Shown here: in pieces, positions 38,410-47,765 of the stretch
Numbering within the stretch: the stretch's first letter is position 1
How the letters are laid out: every line of letters begins with the position of its first letter
Source: an uncultured Thermotogae bacterium
Lineage (GTDB): Bacteria; Bipolaricaulota; Bipolaricaulia; UBA7950; UBA9294
Reading direction: 5' to 3'
Length of the DNA stretch: 47,843 bases
Assembly: GCA_964528085.1 (NCBI GenBank)
Contig: CAZGRE010000006.1
Location: forward strand, 1-47,843
Made by a program: the position numbers and the translations under genes
Notes under the pieces: model-generated
Seen by the model: the letters and a program-made list of their open reading frames with translations, nothing else
The model's database searches: none
Told to the model about the DNA's origin: nothing

Positions 38410-39609
38410 TTATTCGAGGATCTTGGTGACCACGCCGGAGGCGATCGTCTTCCCGCCCTCGCGGACGGCGAACCTGAGCCCTTCGTCCATCGCCACGGGG
38501 TGGATCAGCTCGCCGAAGATCTTCACGTGATCGCCGGGCATCACCATCTCGACGCCCTCCGGCAGGAGGACGGTCCCGGTGATGTCGGTCGTCCGGAAGA
38601 AGAACTGCGGCCTGTACCCGGAGAAGAACGGCTTATGACGTCCGCCTTCGTCCTTGGTCAGGACGTAGACCTCACCCTCGAATTTCCGATGCGGGGTGAT
38701 CGTCCCTGGAGCAGCGACGACCTGGCCACGCTCCACCTCGTCCTTGTCGATTCCGCGGAGGAGGATCCCGACGTTGTCGCCGGCGATCGCATAATCGAGC
38801 GTCTTGTTGAACATCTCGAGGCTTGTGGCGACCGTCTTCTGGATCTCATCGTGTACACCGACGATCTCGACCTCCATCCCGGGGGTGATCTTCCCGCGCT
38901 CGACGCGGCCGGTGACGACCGTACCCCGCCCCTTGATCGAGAAGATGTCCTCGATCGGCATCAGGAACGGCTTGTCCTCCTCACGGTCCGGGAGCGGGAT
39001 GTACTCGTCGACCGCCTTCATCAGCTCGACGATGCACTCCGTATCCGGGTGGTTCGGCTCGTCCCCGTGCTCCATCGCCTTCAGCGCCGAGCCGCGGATG
39101 ATCGGGACCTCGTCCCCGGGGAACTCGTATTCGGAGAGGAGCTCGCGGATCTCCATCTCGATCAGATCGATCAGCTCCGGGTCGTCGACCATGTCGACCT
39201 TGTTCAGGAAGACGACGATCGCCGGAACGTTCACCTGCCGCGCAAGGAGGACGTGCTCGCGCGTCTGCGGCATCGGCCCGTCGTCGGCGGCGACCACGAG
39301 GATCGCCCCGTCCATCTGCGCGGCTCCGGTGATCATGTTCTTGATGTAGTCCGCATGTCCCGGACAATCGATATGGGCGTAGTGGCGGTTCTCGGTCTCG
39401 TACTCGACGTGCCGGACGTTGATTGTGATCCCGCGCGCCTTCTCCTCCGGCGCGTTGTCGATGTCCTCGAATGCCAACGCCCGCGCCTTACCCTGGGTGG
39501 CGAGGACCTTGGTGATCGCCGAGGTCAACGTTGTCTTCCCATGGTCGATATGCCCGATCGTCCCAATGTTCAGATGGGGCTTATCCCTCACAAACGCTTC
39601 CTTCGCCAT
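38410..39609 (-). CDS. tuf: elongation factor Tu
   Basis: 399 aa with [17 protein letters not shown] and NKVD G-motifs and the full EF-Tu domain II/III. Confidence 0.97.
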   Translation of the reverse strand: MAKEAFVRDKPHLNIGTIGHIDHGKTTLTSAITKVLATQGKARALAFEDIDNAPEEKARGITINVRHVEYETENRHYAHIDCPGHADYIKNMITGAAQMDGAILVVAADDGPMPQTREHVLLARQVNVPAIVVFLNKVDMVDDPELIDLIEMEIRELLSEYEFPGDEVPIIRGSALKAMEHGDEPNHPDTECIVELMKAVDEYIPLPDREEDKPFLMPIEDIFSIKGRGTVVTGRVERGKITPGMEVEIVGVHDEIQKTVATSLEMFNKTLDYAIAGDNVGILLRGIDKDEVERGQVVAAPGTITPHRKFEGEVYVLTKDEGGRHKPFFSGYRPQFFFRTTDITGTVLLPEGVEMVMPGDHVKIFGELIHPVAMDEGLRFAVREGGKTIASGVVTKILE

Positions 39610-39686
39610 CGCTTAAACCTCCTTAGCGCCTGTTGTAAGATCCATCCCTTTCGCTTAAATAGGAAGGACTATCTCTCGCAAGCATG

Positions 39687-39759
39687 AGCCCGCGGACGGA
39701 GTCGAACCGACGACCTCCCCCTTACCAAGGGGGTGCTCTACCACCTGAGCTACACGGGC
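39687..39759 (-). tRNA. tRNA-Thr (anticodon GGT)
   Basis: Reverse complement reads GCCCGTGTAGCTCAGGTGGTAGAGCACCCCTTGGTAAGGGGGAGGTCGTCGGTTCGACTCCGTCCGCGGGCT. Acceptor stem GCCCGTG/CGCGGGC and anticodon loop cuGGUaa. Confidence 0.85.
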
Positions 39760-39810
39760 GCTTCGAACTCCGTAGAACGGAGTTTAACCGAAAGCTTCGA
39801 TCCTTCCAAC

Positions 39811-39893
39811 TGGAGGGGGAGGGATTCGAACCCCCGAAGGCGTCCGCCAACGGATTTACAGTCCGCCCCGTTTGGCCACTTCGGTACCCCTCC
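39811..39893 (-). tRNA. tRNA-Tyr (anticodon GTA), long variable arm
   Basis: Reverse complement reads GGAGGGGTACCGAAGTGGCCAAACGGGGCGGACTGTAAATCCGTTGGCGGACGCCTTCGGGGGTTCGAATCCCTCCCCCTCCA. Anticodon loop cuGUAaa, with an extended variable arm typical of tRNA-Tyr. Confidence 0.88.
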
Positions 39894-39908
39894 AACCGTG
39901 ATCGGAAG

Positions 39909-39981
39909 AGCCAGCGGCCAGAGTCGAACTGGCAACCTACTGATTACAAATCAGTTGCTCTGCCGATTGAGCTACGCTGGC
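39909..39981 (-). tRNA. tRNA-Thr (anticodon TGT)
   Basis: Reverse complement reads GCCAGCGTAGCTCAATCGGCAGAGCAACTGATTTGTAATCAGTAGGTTGCCAGTTCGACTCTGGCCGCTGGCT. Anticodon stem actga/tcagt and loop uuUGUaa. Confidence 0.88.
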
Positions 39982-40027
39982 ACCTTTCACGACGCCGTGC
40001 GGATTTTACTTGAGGGATCTTTCCCGG

Positions 40028-40420
40028 TCAAGAAAGGAAGTTGACCCATACCCTCCTGTTCCGTGGGCCGTCGAACTCGCACAGGAAGATCCCCTGCCAT
40101 GTCCCGAGGGCAAGCCGTCCGTCCCTGATCCCGACGGTGACGCTCGAACCGATCAGCGACGCCTTGATGTGCGCCGGGGAGTTACCCTCGGCGTGCTCCC
40201 AATCCCCAACGTGATCGACGATCCGGGCAAGCCCCTGGATGATGTCCCGACCGACCGCCGGATCGGCCGACTCGTTGATCGTCAGGCCGGCCGTGGTGTG
40301 CGGACAGAAGAGAAAACAGATCCCATCCTGGATCCCTGAGCGGCGGACCACTCGATCGACCGCGTCGGTGATATCGAGGAGGGCCTCCCTCGCCCTGGTC
40401 TCGAAGCGGAGTTCCTCCAT
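40028..40420 (-). CDS. YjbQ/UPF0047 family protein
   Basis: 130 aa starting at MEELRFETRAREALLDITDAV, with ICFLFCPHTTAGLTINE...NSPAHIKASLIGSSVTV, the YjbQ signature. The ORF-track N-terminal extension (Pro/Gly/Arg-rich) was rejected. Confidence 0.82.
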   Translation of the reverse strand: MEELRFETRAREALLDITDAVDRVVRRSGIQDGICFLFCPHTTAGLTINESADPAVGRDIIQGLARIVDHVGDWEHAEGNSPAHIKASLIGSSVTVGIRDGRLALGTWQGIFLCEFDGPRNRRVWVNFLS

Positions 40421-40998
40421 CACCCCTCCTTGAGGGAGGCCTCGAGATCCTCGCGGAGCCGTTCGCGGTCGTCGATCCCCTGAACGCGGAGGATCACCTC
40501 CCGGCGCGACCCGTCCTCCTCCCCCTGCGTCAGGCTGACCAACCGGACATTGTGCTCGCGGAGGACCTGCAAGACGCGGTAGAGGTCGTCGGAATCCGTC
40601 CTCGCCCAAACGGTCAAACGTGTACCCTCGAGCCCGATCCCGAGCCCGGAGGCGAGCCCGCGGAGGATCTCCCCCTGGGTTATCACCCCGACAAGCCGTT
40701 CCTCGACCGTCACCGGGAGGACGACGAGCCTATTCTCTAGCACGATCAGGGCCGCCTTCTCCAGGGTATCCTCCGGTGAGACGGCGAATCTGACCGGATG
40801 GGCCACGCGCTCGACCGGGAGGTCGTCGTCCGCCCCCTTGAGCGAGGCGCGGGTGACGAAACCAACGAGCCTTCCATCCGAAGCGACGACAAGGACGATC
40901 GAGAACCGGTTCTCGTCCATCAGCCCCCTCACCTCGGCAGAAGGGGCGTCGGGGAGGACGGTGACCGCCCTCCTATCCATGTACCGCTCGACGTTCAT
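40420..40998 (-). CDS. CBS-domain pair protein with C-terminal ACT-like domain
   Basis: Two CBS motifs (VTVLPDAPSAEVRGLMDENRFSIVLVV...LVGFVT and VSPEDTLEKAALIVLENRLVVLPV...LVGVIT), then a regulatory-like C-terminus. Confidence 0.75.
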   Translation of the reverse strand: MNVERYMDRRAVTVLPDAPSAEVRGLMDENRFSIVLVVASDGRLVGFVTRASLKGADDDLPVERVAHPVRFAVSPEDTLEKAALIVLENRLVVLPVTVEERLVGVITQGEILRGLASGLGIGLEGTRLTVWARTDSDDLYRVLQVLREHNVRLVSLTQGEEDGSRREVILRVQGIDDRERLREDLEASLKEG

Positions 40999-42959
40999 TC
41001 CTCTTTCTGTGCCTGGGCGATGATCTTGTCCTGGAGGTTGCCGGGGACCGGCTGGTACTTGGAGAACTCCATCTGGAACGTCGCCCTCCCCTGGGTCATC
41101 GACTTCAGATCGAGGGCATAGCTCTGCATCTCGGCGAGCGGGACCTCGGCGTGGATCACCGTCGTCTTCCCTGCCGGGTCCATCCCGAGGATCCGGCCGC
41201 GCCTCCCGTTCAGGTCGCTGATGATGTCCCCGGTGAACTCCTCGGGTACCCTGACCTTCACCGACATGACAGGCTCGAGGAGGCAGGGATCGGCCTTGTC
41301 GAACGCGTCCCGGAAGGCGTTCCGCGCCGCCAGCTTGAACGCGAGCTCGGACGAGTCGACCGGGTGATAGCTCCCGTCGAAGACGGCGACCGAGACGTTC
41401 GTCACCGGGTATTTGGCGAGGTTACCCTCCTCCATCGCCTCGAGGACCCCCTTCTCGACCCCTGGGATGTACTGGCCGGGGATCGCCGCCCCCTTGATCT
41501 CGTCGATGAACCGGTAACCCCCCTCGCCGGAGTACGGCTCGATTCTGAGGACGACCTCCCCGAACTGACCGCGGCCGCCGGTCTGCTTCTTGTGCCGGTA
41601 CTTCGCCTCGGCCTTCTTCTTGATCGTCTCCTTGTACGGGATCCGTGGCTGGTGCATCTCGAGCGAGACGTTGTAGCGGTTCTTCAGCCGCTCGATGAAT
41701 ACGGCGAGGTGGACATCCCCCAAACCTTGGATGATCAGCTCCTTGGTGACCGGGTCGCGGTCGACGCTGATCGTGACCTTCGTCCCGACGATCTCCCGGA
41801 GAGCCTCGCTCATCTTCTCCACGTCGGCCTGGCTCTTGGGGACGATCGCCCGCGAGTAGACCGGCTTGGGGAACTCGGGCATCTCGAACGGCTCGGCCGA
41901 CTGATCGGCGGCGAGAGTCGCCCCGATCGACACCGAGTCGATCTTCCCGATGGCGACGATATCCCCGGCCTCGGCGACCGGGACGCGCTTCTGCTTCGTA
42001 CCGTCGACGGCGTATATGTCGCGGACGTCGACGCGCGATCCGTCGGCGACGTTGACGAGTGACTTGCCCTCCTGCAGCTTCCCCTCGAGGACGCGGACGA
42101 ACGTCAGCCTCCCGAGGTAGGGGTCGTTCGTCAGGTTGAAGACGACCGCGCGCGGGGACCCGGCAGGGTTCCACTTATCGGCCGGGATCATCTCGATGAA
42201 CGCGTGCGACAGCCGGTTGAGCCCCTTCTTCTCGAGGGCCGAGCTGCAGAGGATCGGGACGATCTCACCGGCGAGGACGCCCTTGGCCAGCGCCGCCGCG
42301 ACCTCGGCCTCTGAGATCTCCTCCTCCTCGAGGAACTTCATCATCAGCTCGTCGTCGAACCCGGCCACCTCCTCGAGGAGCCGGGCGCGCCCCTCCTCCG
42401 CCCGAGCGGCGAGATCGGGTGGAAGCTCACCCTTCGAGCCGCCGGAGAAGTAGAACGGCTTATTGGTCACGAGGTCGACGACCCCGACGAACTCCCCGCC
42501 GTCGCGGATCGGGATCTCGATCGGGATCAGCTTCCCCTCGAAGTGCGACCGGAGGGACTCGACGGCCTCGTCGAACTTCGCGTTCTCCTTGTCCATCTGA
42601 TTGACGAGGATGGCGGTCGGCCGCTTCGCCGCACCGGTCAGCTCCCACGCCCGCTCGGTGACGACCTCGACAGCCTTCTCCGCGCTGACGACCAACAGGG
42701 ACAAGTCGGAGACCGGGACGCCCTTGTACATCTCCTCGACGAACTCATCCCCCCCTGGGGTATCGATGAGGATGATCCGCTCCTCGCCGACGGTGTAGGA
42801 AGCGAATCCCATGTCGATCGTGTAGCCGCGTTCCTTCTCCTCCTGCGACGCGTCGAGCGTGATCTCCTTGTACCCAGCCTTCTCCAAAAGCGCAGCGGCG
42901 AGGGTCGTCTTCCCACAACCGGAATGCCCCACCAAGCAGATGCTCCTCGCTTGCCCCAT
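40995..42959 (-). CDS. elongation factor G-like GTPase paralog (EF-G2-like) with altered G motifs
   Basis: ATG 42959 with AAGGGGG upstream. G1 is GHSGCGKTT (EF-G has AHIDAGKTT), G3 is DTPG, G4 is NQMD (EF-G has NKMD). Domains II-V are EF-G-like (GRLTFVRVLEGKL, ...HKKQTGGRGQFG..., ...GYIPGVEKG...). Confidence 0.85.
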   Translation of the reverse strand: MGQARSICLVGHSGCGKTTLAAALLEKAGYKEITLDASQEEKERGYTIDMGFASYTVGEERIILIDTPGGDEFVEEMYKGVPVSDLSLLVVSAEKAVEVVTERAWELTGAAKRPTAILVNQMDKENAKFDEAVESLRSHFEGKLIPIEIPIRDGGEFVGVVDLVTNKPFYFSGGSKGELPPDLAARAEEGRARLLEEVAGFDDELMMKFLEEEEISEAEVAAALAKGVLAGEIVPILCSSALEKKGLNRLSHAFIEMIPADKWNPAGSPRAVVFNLTNDPYLGRLTFVRVLEGKLQEGKSLVNVADGSRVDVRDIYAVDGTKQKRVPVAEAGDIVAIGKIDSVSIGATLAADQSAEPFEMPEFPKPVYSRAIVPKSQADVEKMSEALREIVGTKVTISVDRDPVTKELIIQGLGDVHLAVFIERLKNRYNVSLEMHQPRIPYKETIKKKAEAKYRHKKQTGGRGQFGEVVLRIEPYSGEGGYRFIDEIKGAAIPGQYIPGVEKGVLEAMEEGNLAKYPVTNVSVAVFDGSYHPVDSSELAFKLAARNAFRDAFDKADPCLLEPVMSVKVRVPEEFTGDIISDLNGRRGRILGMDPAGKTTVIHAEVPLAEMQSYALDLKSMTQGRATFQMEFSKYQPVPGNLQDKIIAQAQKEE

Positions 42960-43071
42960 GTTGATATCCCCCTTGGGTAGAATCGAAACGATTTCTCGCG
43001 GAGTATATCCACGCCCGCGCGGAGGGACAAGAGACGGACCGAGGGGATTGCTCTCCTTGCGGACGGAGAAA

Positions 43072-44724
43072 ATGGGGCGTACCCTGAGCCCCCGCACGAC
43101 GAAGGAGGAAAACTTGGCGGAACACCTTTTGTTGGGGGATGAGGCCCTCGCCCTGGGGGCGATCGACGCCGGGATCTCCGGGGCGTACGCCTACCCGGGG
43201 ACCCCCTCGACCGAGATCACGGAGTTCCTGATGCGAAGCGAGGAGCACCGCTCAGGGAATCTGTCGGTCGCGTGGACGACGAACGAGAAGACGGCGCTCG
43301 AGGCGGCCCTCGGTATGAGCTACGCGGGTAAACGGGCGATGGCGAGCATGAAGCACGTCGGTCTGAACGTCGCCGCCGATCCGTTCATCAACGGGGCGAT
43401 CGCCGGGGCGAACGGGGGTCTCGTCGTCGCCGTCGCCGACGACCCGTCGATGCACTCATCCCAGAACGAGCAGGACTCCCGACTGTACACCGATATCGCC
43501 CTCGTCCCGTGCATCGAACCGGCCGATCAGCAGGAGGCATACGACGCCGCCGTGTACGCGTTCGACCTGTCGGAGAGGCTGAGGGTCCCAATCCTCGTCC
43601 GCCTGACGACGAGGCTCGCCCACTCGCGCGGGCTCGTCGTCAGACGGAAGCAGCGGGCGCAGAACACGATCGATCCGCCCGAGGACACGACCCGCTACAT
43701 CCTCCTCCCGGCAACGGCGAGGGAGTCGTACGCCGATCTCGTCCACCGGCAGGAGGGGTTCGTCCGCGAGAGCGAGGAAAGCCCATTCAACTCCCTCCAT
43801 CCCGGAGAGGACACAACCCTCGGGATCATCGCCTCGGGGATCGCTTATTCCTACCTCCTCGATGTGACCGGGGGCTCCCCGCGGAACCCGGTCCTGAAGA
43901 TCGGGCAGTACCCCCTCCCGCTCGGCCTGATCGACGAGCTCCTTGAAAGCTGCAAGCGGATCCTCGTCCTGGAGGAGGGCTACCCCTACATCGAGACCCG
44001 CCTCCGCGGGATCCCGACCCGCACGACACCGGAGATCCGCGGCCGGCTGACCGGAGACCTACCCAGGACCGGGGAGCTGACCCCGGGTGCCGTCGCCTCG
44101 GCCGCCGGGATCGATCGGACGAGCGTCCGGCCCGATTCGGACCTCCCCGTACCCCGGCCTCCCGCCCTCTGCCCCGGCTGCCCGCACGCCGACACGTGCC
44201 GCGCCCTGAACGAGGCCCTCGCCGATCGGCCGGAGGGGCGCGTCTTCTCCGACATCGGCTGCTACACCCTCGCCGCCCTACCACCGTACGAGGCGATCGA
44301 CACCTGCGTCGAGATGGGGGGATCGATCACGATGGCGAAGGGGGCGTCGACAGCCGGGCTGAGGCCGGCGGTCGCCCTGATCGGGGACTCGACGTTCACC
44401 CACTCGGGGATGACCGGGCTCCTCGACTGCGTGAACGAGAGGACGGATATAACAGTCGTCATCGTCGACAACCTGACCGTCGCCATGACCGGGGGGCAGG
44501 AATCGGCAGCGAGGAACAGGATCGAGTCGATCTGCGCCGGGCTCGGGATCGAACCGGAACATATCAGGGTGATCGAGCCGCTACCGCAGAATCATGAGCG
44601 CAACGTCGCGATCATCCGTGCTGAGATCGATCATCCCGGCCCGTCGGTGATCATCGCCAGGCGCGAATGCGTCCAGACCGCGGCGCGGCGGGCGCGGAAG
44701 GTGCAGCGGAAGGGGGAGGGATGA
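43072..44724 (+). CDS. iorA: indolepyruvate ferredoxin oxidoreductase subunit alpha
   Basis: ATG 43072 with GGAG upstream. N-terminal GDEALALGAIDAGISGAYAYPGTPSTEI (IorA/PFOR TPP domain), a Cys cluster CPGCPH, and a thiamine-PP binding fold. The ORF-track start at 42859 would overlap the divergent EF-G-like gene. Confidence 0.85.
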   Translation: MGRTLSPRTTKEENLAEHLLLGDEALALGAIDAGISGAYAYPGTPSTEITEFLMRSEEHRSGNLSVAWTTNEKTALEAALGMSYAGKRAMASMKHVGLNVAADPFINGAIAGANGGLVVAVADDPSMHSSQNEQDSRLYTDIALVPCIEPADQQEAYDAAVYAFDLSERLRVPILVRLTTRLAHSRGLVVRRKQRAQNTIDPPEDTTRYILLPATARESYADLVHRQEGFVRESEESPFNSLHPGEDTTLGIIASGIAYSYLLDVTGGSPRNPVLKIGQYPLPLGLIDELLESCKRILVLEEGYPYIETRLRGIPTRTTPEIRGRLTGDLPRTGELTPGAVASAAGIDRTSVRPDSDLPVPRPPALCPGCPHADTCRALNEALADRPEGRVFSDIGCYTLAALPPYEAIDTCVEMGGSITMAKGASTAGLRPAVALIGDSTFTHSGMTGLLDCVNERTDITVVIVDNLTVAMTGGQESAARNRIESICAGLGIEPEHIRVIEPLPQNHERNVAIIRAEIDHPGPSVIIARRECVQTAARRARKVQRKGEG

Positions 44725-45296
44725 AGCGGGAGATCATCCTCGCCGGGGTCGGTGGGCAGGGGCTCCTCTCCCTCGCCGCCGTGATCACACGGGCGGCGCA
44801 GAACGAGGGGCTCTGTGTCAAGCAGGCCGAGGTGCACGGGATGGCGCAGCGCGGAGGGACGGTGGAGAGCCATATCCGGTTGAGCAACCGGGAGGTCTAC
44901 TCCCCCCTGATCCGGGAGGGGACGGCCGACCTGATCCTCGCCCTCGAGCCGATGGAGGGGCTCCGCCAGATCCGCTTCCTCTCCCCTGAGGGAGGATTCG
45001 TCGCAGGCTCGGCCCCGTTCGTGAACATCCCCAATTATCCGCCGATCGAGAGGATCCTCGAGGAGATCGAGAAGATCGAAAACCACCGGCTGATCGATGC
45101 ACCGGCAATCGCAAGGAAGATCGGCTCGCCGCGGGCGGCGAACATGGTCCTCCTCGGGGCCGCCTTCCCGTTCCTTAAGTTGAGTGAGGAGGCCCTGATC
45201 GAGGGGATCGAGTCGGTCTTCGCCGGCAGGCTGAGCGAAGAGATGATCTCCTCGAACATCGCCGCGTTCCGCCGCGGCCTCGCCGAATCCGGTTAG
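44721..45296 (+). CDS. iorB: indolepyruvate oxidoreductase subunit beta
   Basis: MKREIILAGVGGQGLLSLA... (PFOR gamma-domain-like). The ATGA overlap with the iorA stop indicates translational coupling. Confidence 0.85.
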   Translation: MKREIILAGVGGQGLLSLAAVITRAAQNEGLCVKQAEVHGMAQRGGTVESHIRLSNREVYSPLIREGTADLILALEPMEGLRQIRFLSPEGGFVAGSAPFVNIPNYPPIERILEEIEKIENHRLIDAPAIARKIGSPRAANMVLLGAAFPFLKLSEEALIEGIESVFAGRLSEEMISSNIAAFRRGLAESG

Positions 45297-45610
45297 GCGA
45301 GCTTCCCGCCGTGACGGTAGTCGCGCGTCTCGTTGTAGCGGACCTTGGCGGCTATCGCCCGCTCGAGGTCGAACCCCATCCCTCCGGCGAGATCGAGGAT
45401 GCGGATGACCGCATCGGCGAGCTCCTCCTCCAGGCGGGTAAACCCCGGGATCTTTCGGCTCTCAGGGTTCCCGATCCGGTATGCCTCCATCCCCTCGGCG
45501 ATCTCGGTGACGATCAGCATCAACGCCTCACCGGTCGGGCGCGGCCGGTCCCACCATCCGTGCTCGACTGCGATCCGATGGACCTCTTCCTGCAGTTCCC
45601 CGATCCTCAT
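45293..45610 (-). CDS. MazG-like nucleotide pyrophosphohydrolase (small all-alpha NTP-PPase)
   Basis: 105 aa with LIVTEIAEGMEAYR...LEEELADAVIRILDLA, the EExxE/D MazG-type motif pattern. Confidence 0.75.
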   Translation of the reverse strand: MRIGELQEEVHRIAVEHGWWDRPRPTGEALMLIVTEIAEGMEAYRIGNPESRKIPGFTRLEEELADAVIRILDLAGGMGFDLERAIAAKVRYNETRDYRHGGKLA

Positions 45611-45689
45611 CGGTCTCCTTTCGAATCAGCCTTGCCCATCGCCTCCCCCTGCGCTAGTCTCTAACAGACAAGACCGCTAGGAGGCTATC

Positions 45690-46571
45690 ATGAAAATGCG
45701 AAATACGATCATCATTCTCCTCGCCGTCGGGCTGCTCGCCGGCTGTTCGACCGGGGCCCTCGGGCTGAAGGTCGGGATCGTGACCGACATCCACGCCCAT
45801 GATACCGACTCGCCGGGCGAGGGGAAAATCATGACGGACTACCCGGAGCGGCTGGGGGCGTTCGTCGACGCGATGAACACCTGGCCGGCCGATCTGGTCA
45901 TCGAGCTCGGCGACTTCGTGAACGGGAACTTCGTCTTCGGCCCGCCGCCCGGGGACCCGGCGCGGATCGTCGAGATCCTCGACGAGGCAGAAGCGATCTA
46001 CGCGATGCTCGACGCGCCCCGCTACTACGTCCTCGGGAACCACGATGTCTACGACCTCTCCAAGGAGGAGTTCGTCGAGCATACAGGCTGCTCGTTCACC
46101 TACGGGAGCTTCGACGCCGACGGGTATCACTTCGTCATCCTCGACGCCCAGTACAACAGAGACGGGGAGGACCTCGACCACGTCGGCTGGGTGGTGCAGG
46201 GGTACATCCCGGAAGTACAGCTCGAGTGGCTGAAGGGCGACCTGGCGGAGACGGACAAGCCGACAATCGTCTGCGTCCATCAGCGCCTCGACGTCGACGT
46301 CGACTTCCTCTCCGGGAACGCCCCTGAGATCCGAAACAACAAGGACGTGCAGAGGATCCTCGAGGAATCCGGGGTCGTGATCGCCGTATTCCAGGGGCAC
46401 GACCACGAGAACGCCTACACGCTGATAAACGGGATCCACTACATCGAGTTCGACCAGCTCGTCAACGAGGAAAGCGAGCCGTCGTGGGCGTACGTCACCC
46501 TCGACCCGGATGCGCGGACGATAACGATCGTCGGCGAGGGTGAGCAGGAGGACTGGCACCTGAAATACTGA
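45690..46571 (+). CDS. calcineurin-like metallophosphoesterase lipoprotein
   Basis: Signal peptide with lipobox LLAGCS. Phosphoesterase motifs DIHAHD, GDFVNGN, GNHD, GHDHEN. Confidence 0.82.
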   Translation: MKMRNTIIILLAVGLLAGCSTGALGLKVGIVTDIHAHDTDSPGEGKIMTDYPERLGAFVDAMNTWPADLVIELGDFVNGNFVFGPPPGDPARIVEILDEAEAIYAMLDAPRYYVLGNHDVYDLSKEEFVEHTGCSFTYGSFDADGYHFVILDAQYNRDGEDLDHVGWVVQGYIPEVQLEWLKGDLAETDKPTIVCVHQRLDVDVDFLSGNAPEIRNNKDVQRILEESGVVIAVFQGHDHENAYTLINGIHYIEFDQLVNEESEPSWAYVTLDPDARTITIVGEGEQEDWHLKY

Positions 46572-46608
46572 TTTGATTTCCATCCCGAAACAACATATAA
46601 GAATCATC

Positions 46609-47706
46609 ATGAAGCCACGAATAGTAGGAAGCCTCGTCGCACTTGTCGTTCTTCTATTACTGCTATTTGGGTGTGGCAAAAAGGTGGGAGACTTCTCGAT
46701 ATTTGTATCTTCAGGAGGGCTATTTGTTGATCAAAATAGAAGTTCCTCTGTCTCCATCGGTGTCACTCGCTCCGAGGGATTCACAAAGGAGATAACCTTT
46801 TCACTAACTGGCGCACCAGAGGGAGTCAAAGCTAACTTCACTCCTAACCCTTTAGTTGGAGACACCTGTGTACTTACTTTAACAGCGGCGAAAAGTGCGC
46901 CTGTTGGGACTTATCCCGTCAACATAGTAGGCAGTAGTGGTAGCTTGAGATCCACCATTAGCCTGAAATTGACGATAGTCCTCGGCACCAACTCAGACAC
47001 GGGAGTAGAATATGTATTTCGAGTCTCTGGCGCAGATAAAATGGATCAGGACCAACTAGATCCAACAATGGACGAAATCATTGCCACCATAAAACAACGC
47101 ATAAGCAGTTACGGAATTACTGATGTGGAACTGAAAACTATGGGAACTGGTCAAATCGAAGTAAAGGTTCTTGGAGAACTAGACGACGCAGAGAGGCAGC
47201 GAATTAGACGCCTCTTAGGAACTACAGGGCAGATAGAATTCCTAAGGGTGGTTAAGAGAGGCGAAAGCCCTTACGACGCTAACGTTATTCCAACATCGCT
47301 CACACAAGAAGTCCTGTATGATCGAGATGGAATCCCTTATGTGCTGGAATCTCAACCATTGTTGACAAGCAGTCACATATCTAACGCCGCCGTGGTTCAG
47401 TTAACTGGGGGAGCACCCGCCATCAGACTGGCTTTCACTAAAGATGGTGCAATGCTCTTTTCCAAACTGGTGGACGAATTCCTCGTAAACGACTGTATAG
47501 CGATAGTTATAGATAATGTAGTGTACTCAGTTCGATGCATAACTCAATCCCTTAAGGCCGCTGCGAAAGCAGGTTGGGAAAACGTACAAAGCTGTACTGT
47601 CATAAGTAATGGATTCAATGCGGATGATGCTAAACTGCTGGCCTTGATAATTCGCAATGGAGCATTTCCTGTACCAGTACTTATCGTTAGTGACATATCA
47701 TTCTAA
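46609..47706 (+). CDS. lipoprotein with N-terminal beta-sandwich domain and SecD-like periplasmic (P1 head/base) domain, no membrane domain; encoded in a low-GC island
   Basis: ATG 46609 (the ORF track begins at in-frame TTG 46573). Lipobox LLLFGC. Residues about 150-366 resemble the SecD P1 region (ISSYGITDVELKTMGTGQIEVKVLGELDDAERQRIRRLLGTTGQIEFLRV; CIAIVIDNVVYSVRCITQSL; DAKLLALIIRNGAFPVPV). The ORF ends before any SecD TM2-6. Codon usage and GC (about 40%) differ sharply from the rest of the window. Confidence 0.6.
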   Translation: MKPRIVGSLVALVVLLLLLFGCGKKVGDFSIFVSSGGLFVDQNRSSSVSIGVTRSEGFTKEITFSLTGAPEGVKANFTPNPLVGDTCVLTLTAAKSAPVGTYPVNIVGSSGSLRSTISLKLTIVLGTNSDTGVEYVFRVSGADKMDQDQLDPTMDEIIATIKQRISSYGITDVELKTMGTGQIEVKVLGELDDAERQRIRRLLGTTGQIEFLRVVKRGESPYDANVIPTSLTQEVLYDRDGIPYVLESQPLLTSSHISNAAVVQLTGGAPAIRLAFTKDGAMLFSKLVDEFLVNDCIAIVIDNVVYSVRCITQSLKAAAKAGWENVQSCTVISNGFNADDAKLLALIIRNGAFPVPVLIVSDISF

Positions 47707-47765
47707 AAATTGATAGAATAGCGTTAAGAGCTGACAGCAAAAGACACTACTCGAGGAGGCACAGG

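Noticed and set aside
38134-39687. 517-aa plus-strand ORF antisense to tuf, rpmG and tRNA-Trp
   Set aside because: It overlaps EF-Tu on the opposite strand and its translation has no recognisable motifs. A GC-rich shadow ORF.
39684-40044. Plus-strand ORFs (109 aa and 103 aa) across the tRNA array
   Set aside because: The region is fully explained by three minus-strand tRNAs with canonical cloverleaves.
41151-42062. 303-aa plus-strand ORF and other ORFs overlapping the EF-G-like gene
   Set aside because: Antisense to a well-supported GTPase gene, with low-complexity D/R/P/L-rich sequence.
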